44,991 bases of DNA from a phage. Positions 28,519 to 35,470 of the stretch are shown here, in pieces. The notes below the pieces were generated by a model, which was not told the origin of the DNA, searched no databases, and saw nothing but the letters and a program-made list of their open reading frames with translations. Every line of letters begins with the position of its first letter. Position 1 is the stretch's first letter. The DNA lies in the sequence record PZ379602.1, one strand, 5' to 3'. Both the position numbers and the translations under genes were made by a program.

Positions 28519-29625
28519 ATGTATAAGAATCGCTTTGATACAGCAACATTCAAAGCCACCATTGACGAGAATGGTTTTCTCGTCGATACGCCAGTAGTAG
28601 CAAGGGTTGGTGTGCAGGTTTATTTCACAGAGGACGGTTCGACTGTTCGAGAGTTCAGGCCAGCAGAAGAAGTCTTCAAAGAGGAGTCGCTAGCCAGTTA
28701 CCAGGGTAAGCCAATGACTCTTGACCACGTCTTTGTAAACTCCGATAACGCTAAAGACGTAGTGGTCGGCTCGGTAACTGGTAAAGCTGAGGCTCTAGGA
28801 AGTACGGTAATTGCGCCAATTGTCGTATACTCTCAAGAAGCTATTGACGAGGCTCGCTCAGGTAACGCTAAGGAATTATCTGTAGGTTACTCGGCAGTTC
28901 TTGATGAAACTCCAGGTTGGGGCGACCCGGCAACTGGTAAGTACATTCTTAGGACTGACAACACGCAGGGTTTGGATATACCCCCTGACTGGCAAGAGTT
29001 CGACGCAATCCAGAGAGACATTAAGGTAAACCATTTAGCTATGGTCTTCAGGGGTAGGGCTGGAATTGCTAAGCTAAATATGGACGGGCAGCAAGAAAAC
29101 CCGTATACTGACAACGTTGATTTAAATACTAAGGAAAACAAAATGACAGTTAAGATTAAGATTGACTCTGTTGAAGTTGAGGTGTCTAAAGAGGTTGCAG
29201 ACCACATCTCCAAAATTAACTCCGCTGTTGAAGCACAGAAAGCTAAGGTTGATTCCATCGAAGCTGAGCGTGACGCACTGAAAGCCAAAGTAGACGCAAT
29301 GCCCGCTGAAATCGAGAAAGCAGTCAAAGCTGCCAAAGCTGACGCTGAAGCACTTGCCGCTCTGGTTACTGTAGCCACTGAAGCTGGTGTTAAGACTGAT
29401 GGCCTGGATGCTAAAGGCATTAAGGTATTATACGTTAAAGAAGTTTCCGGCCTTGATGTTTCCGAGAAGTCCGACGCATACATCGATGCAGCGTTCGACA
29501 TTGCCAAAGATTCTGATAAAATGGCTGAAGTTCGCAAGGCAACCGCAGCTTCCGACAAATCTGATGCTGCCGACGCACCTAAGAAATTAGACCCGCGCAC
29601 TCGTTTAGCAAAAATTAAAAAGTAA
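28519..29625 (+). CDS. capsid scaffolding protein, possibly with protease function
   Basis: C-terminal half is Ala/Lys/Glu-rich coiled-coil-like; position between minor head and major capsid genes; GAGGAG RBS. Confidence 0.55.
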   Translation: MYKNRFDTATFKATIDENGFLVDTPVVARVGVQVYFTEDGSTVREFRPAEEVFKEESLASYQGKPMTLDHVFVNSDNAKDVVVGSVTGKAEALGSTVIAPIVVYSQEAIDEARSGNAKELSVGYSAVLDETPGWGDPATGKYILRTDNTQGLDIPPDWQEFDAIQRDIKVNHLAMVFRGRAGIAKLNMDGQQENPYTDNVDLNTKENKMTVKIKIDSVEVEVSKEVADHISKINSAVEAQKAKVDSIEAERDALKAKVDAMPAEIEKAVKAAKADAEALAALVTVATEAGVKTDGLDAKGIKVLYVKEVSGLDVSEKSDAYIDAAFDIAKDSDKMAEVRKATAASDKSDAADAPKKLDPRTRLAKIKK

Positions 29626-29636
29626 GGAGATAGATA

Positions 29637-30167
29637 ATGGCAATTCGTTCTGTAGCACTGGCAGGTATGGTGGCTGATACTTCCCTGTACAATATCGATG
29701 GCGCTTGTGTAGTTGGCGGTACTGCCGCCACACGTATCCCTGTTGGCACATTCGTGGGTGTTAGCACCGCTCAGCCTGTAGATGGTCACAAGGTTGTCGC
29801 CCTTCCAGCCGTATCAGGGACTGCAATTAAACCTTACGGTGTTGTTGTTCGTTCTCACTACGAGACTCCGGATGGTCAGGCTCGCGGCCTTGAAGCAGTT
29901 AACGTCATGACCTCTGGCCGTATTTGGGTTCGCACCACTCTGTCTGCGGCTCCGGCATTTGGCGATAAAGTTTACGTAAATGCTTCTGGTGTTGTGACAG
30001 CTAAAGCAGCTACTACAACTTGGGAAACTGGTTACAGGTTCGCTGGTGGTTTCCTTTCTGGTTACGTTCCCGGAAGCGACCATATCAAGCAAGGTGAGAG
30101 CTACGACGGCGCTCTGGTTGAAGTTCAATTGATTCAATCCGCAGATTCGGTATTAGCTACTGCTTAA
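29637..30167 (+). CDS. hypothetical head protein (176 aa)
   Basis: Gly/Val/Thr-rich ORF between scaffold and major capsid genes. Confidence 0.45.
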   Translation: MAIRSVALAGMVADTSLYNIDGACVVGGTAATRIPVGTFVGVSTAQPVDGHKVVALPAVSGTAIKPYGVVVRSHYETPDGQARGLEAVNVMTSGRIWVRTTLSAAPAFGDKVYVNASGVVTAKAATTTWETGYRFAGGFLSGYVPGSDHIKQGESYDGALVEVQLIQSADSVLATA

Positions 30168-30188
30168 CAATATTTGAATGCACGAATA

Positions 30189-30212
30189 AGCCTCCTTCGG
30201 GAGGTTTTTTGT
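30189..30212 (+). terminator. rho-independent terminator
   Basis: Hairpin CCTCC-ttcg-GGAGG followed by T6. Confidence 0.7.
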
Positions 30213-30318
30213 GTCTTTTGCCATCCAGATTTAAGCCTCATGTATGATGCTATTGTAACAACCACAAAGTCGTGTATAATTGACTCGTACATACCTAACT
30301 GAAAAGGAATAAACAAGA

Positions 30319-31259
30319 ATGGCCATTAAATTTGATGCAGAACAAGCAAAAATCACCGCTCACCTTGAGCAAATGGGTGTAGATAAAGCTGATGCTGCTG
30401 GTATCTGGACCGTCAAGCAGTTGACCGCCAACCTGGCGCGTGCGTACGAAGCAGAATATCCGGAAAACTCCGTAGTTAATATCTTCCCAGTAACTAACGA
30501 AATCCCGGCCCATGCAAAGTATTTTGAGTACCCTGAGTTTGACGGAACGGCAATCGCACAGATTATCGCTGATTACTCTGATGACCTTCCGCTGGTTGAT
30601 GCGTTCATGACCGAGAAGCAAGGCAAAGTTTTCCGTTTTGGTAACGCGTTCCTGATTTCCACCGACGAAATCAAAGCTGGCGCAGCAACTAGTCAGTCAC
30701 TGTCAGCTCGTAAACAGGCTTTGGCTTTTGAAGCTCATGACAACCTGCTCGATAAACTGGTATGGTCTGGCTCTGCACCGCACGGCATTCCTGGCGTATT
30801 CAATGCGCCGAACGTTAACCAGGTTGTTGCTGGTACTTGGAACTCCGCGGCTGCTGCTATGACTGATATCACAGCGCTTATCGATGCTATCGAAACAGCT
30901 ACCAATGGTGCTCACACCGCGACTGATATCCTGCTGCCTGCTTCCGCTCGCCGCCTGATGCAAGAACTGGTGCCGAACACCTCTATCAGCTACGCGCAGT
31001 TGTTTGCAACCAATAACTCCGGCATCACTCTGCGTTATCTGCAATTCCTGGATAACTACGACGGTGCTGGTGGCAAAGCTGCACTGGCATTTGAAAAAAT
31101 CCGCTCAACCTGAGTATTGAGATTCCGGAAGTGACGAACGTGCTACCTGGCCAGCCGAAGGATTTGCATTTCAAGTACCCGGTAACCTCTAAAGCGACGG
31201 GCTTGATCATCTATAGGCCGCTAACTGTATCAGTACTGAAGGGCATTACCTACGCCTAA
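30319..31259 (+). CDS. major capsid protein; ORF ends at 31113 but coding continues in the -1 frame to 31259
   Basis: 264-aa ORF after AAAAGGAAT RBS; about 50 more codons of protein-like sequence follow in the -1 frame after an A6 run 31094-31099, up to a TAA and terminator. Confidence 0.75.
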
Positions 31260-31265
31260 TAAATC

Positions 31266-31288
31266 GCCCTCTACGGAGGGCTTTTTTC
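31266..31288 (+). terminator. rho-independent terminator after the capsid gene
   Basis: Hairpin GCCCTC-tacg-GAGGGC followed by T6. Confidence 0.7.
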
Positions 31289-31351
31289 GCCTGTACCAAA
31301 ATGATATGATGGGTTATAATCAACCATCAATTAATAAAAGGAGAGCAATAA

Positions 31352-31597
31352 ATGATTCGTTTAGAACACACTGGCGCGTGCATGATTACCTTTCGTGGAG
31401 TGAATTACATGCCAGGTGAATTCATTGAGGTTGAGGAAATCAACGCTGGACTTAAAAGCCTCATTGCAGAAGGTCGCTTGCAGGTTGATGGAGACGCGAA
31501 GGCAACCAAAGAGATTATCGCAGAGGTTAAATCAAAATCTAAGCGCAAAGAACCGAAGACCATTGACGAAGCTCAGACTGGTCAGGAATATAAATAA
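31352..31597 (+). CDS. hypothetical protein (81 aa)
   Basis: ATG after AAAGGAGAG RBS. Confidence 0.45.
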   Translation: MIRLEHTGACMITFRGVNYMPGEFIEVEEINAGLKSLIAEGRLQVDGDAKATKEIIAEVKSKSKRKEPKTIDEAQTGQEYK

Positions 31598-31638
31598 CCA
31601 AATGGGCGCTTAGGCGTCCGTTTTTGTATGGAGGTTTT

Positions 31639-32034
31639 ATGAACGAACAAGCATTAGCCTTTATGAAGTCGCTGGTTCCTGCTCTTAAGAATATTCCAGA
31701 TGAAACGCTGGACGTATGGCTTGAGTTAGCTAAGCTATACATCTGCACCAGTAAGTTTGGTGATGATGCTTATAAAGCGCTGTCGCTATACACTCTGCAC
31801 ATTGCCTTTCTTGATGGCGCGCTTAAGCAGAATGAGTCGCTGGATGATTATGGCAAGAAGGTGGCAAGTTACTCCCTGAGCGGTGAATTTTCTATCAGCT
31901 ATGAATCCACCTCGCAAACTCAATCATCATTGACAGCTACGCCGTGGGGCCGACTTTACTGGAATCTCCTGCGCAAGAAAGGCGGCGGATTTGGCTTGAT
32001 TACGTCCGCTGGGCGTGAGTGCGGTTGCCAATGA
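31639..32034 (+). CDS. head-tail connector / adaptor protein (by position)
   Basis: 131-aa ORF with ATG after GGAGG RBS. Confidence 0.45.
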   Translation: MNEQALAFMKSLVPALKNIPDETLDVWLELAKLYICTSKFGDDAYKALSLYTLHIAFLDGALKQNESLDDYGKKVASYSLSGEFSISYESTSQTQSSLTATPWGRLYWNLLRKKGGGFGLITSAGRECGCQ

Positions 32035-32402
32035 ATTACTCCCAAGTAGAATCATTAATGCGCACGGGCATCAATATCTTTAGTGATGGCGATGGTACAT
32101 TCACGATGAATACTGGTAAAGGTGGTGTCGAAATTGTTGACGGCGTTGAGGTTCCTGTAGCTGGCGGCACTGCATTAATCAATGGGCTGGTGAGGGAGAT
32201 TAAAACCAGAGATATTGATGGCGAATATATCCAGTTTGGTGACAAGCGTGGAATTTTCACTTCTGAAGTCCCAATCTTGCAGGGCTACAGGATTATAGTT
32301 GACGATGAAACTTACACTGTAGTCGACCCGAGGCCAGTCAAACCAACAGGAACTATAGTGGCTTACAGACCAATTCTAAGGAGGGTTGCTACCTATGGCT
32401 AG
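32019..32402 (+). CDS. head closure / neck protein (by position)
   Basis: 127-aa ORF overlapping the upstream gene. Confidence 0.45.
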   Translation: MRLPMNYSQVESLMRTGINIFSDGDGTFTMNTGKGGVEIVDGVEVPVAGGTALINGLVREIKTRDIDGEYIQFGDKRGIFTSEVPILQGYRIIVDDETYTVVDPRPVKPTGTIVAYRPILRRVATYG

Positions 32403-32832
32403 AAATATTGGTGGGTTGGCTACATTTACGAATAGTATTGCTGATTGGATTGATAGAGCTGATGATAACTTCTCTGATATTGTTTCTGGCACTGTAATTA
32501 AGGCTGCTAACGCCATCGTTGATTTATCGCCTGTTGATACTGGTAGGTTTAAGGCTAACTGGCAGATTACAGCGAACTCCCCAGCCGCTCAGTCTCTGAA
32601 TGATTACGACAAAACAGGTGGAGATACAAAAAGGTATCTGGCAAGGCAAGCTCGAGCTGTGGCTAATTCACCAGCGACAAAGGTTATCTACATAACTAAC
32701 AGGCTTGATTACGCCTCTGACCTTGAGTATGGATCGTCACAACAAGCGCCAGCAGGTGTACTTGGTGTAGTCAATATCCGGCTTGGGCGTTACTTCGAAG
32801 AAGCCGTAGCTGAAGCAAGGAGTAAACGATAA
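32386..32832 (+). CDS. neck / tail-component protein (by position)
   Basis: 148-aa ORF overlapping the upstream gene. Confidence 0.45.
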   Translation: MLPMARNIGGLATFTNSIADWIDRADDNFSDIVSGTVIKAANAIVDLSPVDTGRFKANWQITANSPAAQSLNDYDKTGGDTKRYLARQARAVANSPATKVIYITNRLDYASDLEYGSSQQAPAGVLGVVNIRLGRYFEEAVAEARSKR

Positions 32833-33229
32833 TGCAGTATGAATTATCTTTGGCGGCAAGGAGGTTTGTGACTGATTTGGTTAAAACGTTTCCAGTCAGG
32901 TATCCAATCTCCTATGAAAACGTAGCCTTTTCCCCTCAAGAAATGGCGGCATGTGGCTGAAGTACGATTATACCGAGGCTGACACAGTAACCTATAGCTT
33001 GAGTCGCAAGTGTAAGTATTATGTTGGCATGGTTCAGGTATCTGTCTTTTTCTCACCAGGTGATGGTGTTGATAGTGCGAGGAGAATTGCTAATCAATTG
33101 GCAGAATCAATGCTTGATGGTACAATGCTTGACACAGGCTACATTTATGAGGGCGGAGTAGTTCACCCGGTAGTGAAGTCAAAATCTGGCTGGTTTATTC
33201 CAGTTCGTTTCTATGTTCGTCTTGACTAA
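32832..33229 (+). CDS. tail completion-like protein, apparently split by a frameshift near 32928-32950
   Basis: 42-codon ORF 32832..32960 and ORF 32951..33229 together give about 133 aa; T4 and C4 runs at 32928-32935 are candidate sites. Confidence 0.4.
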
Positions 33230-33239
33230 AAGGTTGCAA

Positions 33240-33725
33240 ATGAAAGAGTTCTTAAATTCTCTTTACGATTATCGCGATGGTCAAATCTTTCATAAAGGAG
33301 GTTCAAAGCCATGTGGGTATGGAAAGCCTAACGGATACATTCAAACTTACGTCTCAAAGACTGGTAAGAAGTATGTTCACAGGATTATTTGGACAATGCA
33401 TAATGGAGACATCCCAGAAGGCATGCAAATTGACCATTTAAATGGCAATAGGAGCGACAACCGCATTGAGAATTTAAGGTGCGCATCAGTAACTGAAAAT
33501 AGAAGAAATTCAGGAACGAAATATAGGTATCGTAGATTCCCTGGTGTTAATGGTGTAAACTACAATAAGCGCGATAATCTTTGGCATGCAATGATTTCTG
33601 ATAATGGCGTAGCTAAGAGCCTTGGTCATTACAAGTCATTTGTTAGTGCATGTGAAGCTAGAATTATCGCAGAAGTAAATCTTGGATACCACGTAAATCA
33701 CGCGATGCGTGATAGCGTATATTAA
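33240..33725 (+). CDS. free-standing HNH homing endonuclease with AP2-like DNA-binding domain
   Basis: HRIIWTMHNG...QIDHLNGNRSDNRIENLRCASVTENRRN is an HNH motif; C-terminal YRGV-like region; inserted between tail completion and major tail genes. Confidence 0.8.
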   Translation: MKEFLNSLYDYRDGQIFHKGGSKPCGYGKPNGYIQTYVSKTGKKYVHRIIWTMHNGDIPEGMQIDHLNGNRSDNRIENLRCASVTENRRNSGTKYRYRRFPGVNGVNYNKRDNLWHAMISDNGVAKSLGHYKSFVSACEARIIAEVNLGYHVNHAMRDSVY

Positions 33726-33734
33726 CTTAACTCT

Positions 33735-34412
33735 TTGAATTGGAGGTGTATTATTGCCCATCTCAGCAATGGCACTCAGGTCTTCGTAGAAGGCACTAGG
33801 GGAGCTGCTATCGACGTAACCGCAATTTCCAACGCGGTTAATCCTGTTTTAACTTTGTCCAGCGTTGCAGATATTGCACGCGGTGACTACCTGTTGTTTA
33901 CCAGCTCCGCTTCAACTCTGCTGGCTGATAAGCAAGTTCGCGTTACCGCAGTGTCTGGTTCAACCGTAACTGTTGAAGGTATTGACACCTCCAGCACCAC
34001 CAAGTTCCCGGCCGGTTTAACTGGTGAAGTGGTTAAGATTCTTAGCTGGTTTGAGGTTCCTTGCGTTCAGGACGTATCCACTGACGGCGGCGAACAGCAG
34101 TTCGTTAACTTCCAGTGTTTATCCGATGACCGTGAGCAACAGATTCCAACTTATAAATCTGCGGTAACTAATACCTACACTTTCGCGCACGAATACACCA
34201 ACCCGATATATCCGATTCTGCGTAACTATGACGAAGCTGGTACTGTTGTTGCTATCCGTCTGTTCGTACCTCGCGCTAGTGAGATGCGTCTTCAGTCTGG
34301 CACTATCGCTTTCAACGACACGCCGAGCATTGGTGTTAACGAAATCGAAACGGTATCCATTGCGGTATCTATTCGCGGCAGGCTGAGTTCTGTAGCTTCT
34401 GAACTGGCATAA
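33735..34412 (+). CDS. major tail protein (start codon uncertain)
   Basis: Thr/Ser/Val-rich 225-codon frame; no in-frame ATG near the GGAGG RBS at 33742-33746. Confidence 0.55.
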   Translation: MNWRCIIAHLSNGTQVFVEGTRGAAIDVTAISNAVNPVLTLSSVADIARGDYLLFTSSASTLLADKQVRVTAVSGSTVTVEGIDTSSTTKFPAGLTGEVVKILSWFEVPCVQDVSTDGGEQQFVNFQCLSDDREQQIPTYKSAVTNTYTFAHEYTNPIYPILRNYDEAGTVVAIRLFVPRASEMRLQSGTIAFNDTPSIGVNEIETVSIAVSIRGRLSSVASELA

Positions 34413-34418
34413 AAATTA

Positions 34419-34441
34419 ACCCTCTTCGGAGGGTTTTTTAT
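34419..34441 (+). terminator. rho-independent terminator after the major tail gene
   Basis: Hairpin ACCCTC-ttcg-GAGGGT followed by T6. Confidence 0.7.
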
Positions 34442-34443
34442 TG

Positions 34444-34505
34444 ATAGCACTTTTTGTTAAAGGCTAAGTCGCGGATTGCTGTATAGTTCATTCATCGAAA
34501 AGAAA
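34444..34505 (+). promoter_or_regulatory. modular promoter-like element inside the tail module (box ATAGCACTTTTTGTTAAA, TATAGT, CATCGAAAAGAAA)
   Basis: 22-bp spacing; leader box 5 nt after the hexamer. Confidence 0.5.
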
Positions 34506-34520
34506 TGAGAGATTAATGAA

Positions 34521-34769
34521 ATGAACAACGTTAAAAATATCATCAAACTTGCTGCTGCTCTTGGTGCTTTCTACCTGGCAATTCAGATTGTCAACCCAAC
34601 TGGTGGCGCAACCGCTAACTCTGATGCAATAAAGTATGAACATGAATTTAATAGTGCATATTCTCATTGTGAAAAAGTAGCTGGCGATAAGACAAATCAG
34701 ATTCTGCATTATGGTCGCGAGGTGTGCACCGAAGTTGCTCACAACATTGTAAAAAACGAATCAAAGTAA
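34521..34769 (+). CDS. small secreted protein with predicted signal peptide (82 aa), moron-like
   Basis: N-terminal hydrophobic segment IIKLAAALGAFYLAIQIV; own promoter-like element; located between the major tail and chaperone genes. Confidence 0.5.
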   Translation: MNNVKNIIKLAAALGAFYLAIQIVNPTGGATANSDAIKYEHEFNSAYSHCEKVAGDKTNQILHYGREVCTEVAHNIVKNESK

Positions 34770-34804
34770 TATAATCATTCAACACAAACAAAGGAGATAA
34801 CGAG

Positions 34805-35119
34805 ATGGCAAAATTTAAACTTTCACTTAAGGCGCTGCCTGACTTTAAACTTCCGGTTAAGTTTCAGTTAGCGAATGGTGAAGATGCAGAGGTGGTACTA
34901 ACAGTTAAGCACAAGAAATCATCTGAACTTCAGGAGATTCTTAATCGTGAAAACTTCAGCACTAAAGAATTGATTAACGAAATCTGCTCTGACTGGGATT
35001 TAGAAGAACCATTTAACGATGAGAACGTCGATGAGTTTGCAAACCTATTCCCAGGTGCAGTTCCATCATTGATGGATAGCTACATGAAAGCGCTGGCTGG
35101 GCAGCGAGTAAAAAACTAA
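34805..35119 (+). CDS. tail assembly chaperone (G-like)
   Basis: 104-aa acidic ORF immediately upstream of the tape measure gene, ending at a slippery sequence. Confidence 0.65.
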   Translation: MAKFKLSLKALPDFKLPVKFQLANGEDAEVVLTVKHKKSSELQEILNRENFSTKELINEICSDWDLEEPFNDENVDEFANLFPGAVPSLMDSYMKALAGQRVKN

Positions 35120-35433
35120 AACGCGCAGTATACTTACAATACCAGTCACCACCAACGGATGCCGAACTCGAAGCTATCGGAATGAAACGTTCCGATTATG
35201 AAGGTGATGAGCCTGAAGAGTTATACTTCGATGAAACAATGATGCAAAGCTGGGATGTGTACTGTGCCATGTCAACTCAATGGCGAGTAGGGGCTTGCGG
35301 TGCCACAGGCCTTGATTATAATTGCCTTCCATTCTTGTTCAAAGTCTATAAAATAGATGATGACGAAATGGTACTTAACGACATCAGAATACTTGAGGCT
35401 AAAGCCTTAGATATGATGAACGCCAAGAAATAG
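34805..35433 (+). CDS. tail assembly chaperone frameshift product (GT-like), via -1 programmed frameshift
   Basis: Heptamer A AAA AAC at 35110-35116 in the zero frame; the -1 frame is open from there through ORF 35182..35433. Confidence 0.55.
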
Positions 35434-35456
35434 CCATCCTTCGGGGTGGCTTTTTT
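35433..35456 (+). terminator. rho-independent terminator
   Basis: Stem GCCATCC / GGGTGGC (one G-U) with ttcg loop, followed by T6. Confidence 0.6.
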
Positions 35457-35470
35457 ATTATGGAGACAAC

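Noticed and set aside
28887-29789. 300-aa ORF on the minus strand
   Set aside because: Antisense to the Ala/Lys/Glu-rich scaffold gene; Ala/Ser-rich low-complexity product with no RBS or start context; an artefact of GC-rich repetitive codons.
31091-31100. Programmed ribosomal frameshift in the capsid gene
   Set aside because: The A6 run is not a canonical X XXY YYZ heptamer in register, and the same undercall pattern recurs at unrelated homopolymers; sequencing error is the simpler explanation, though not excluded.
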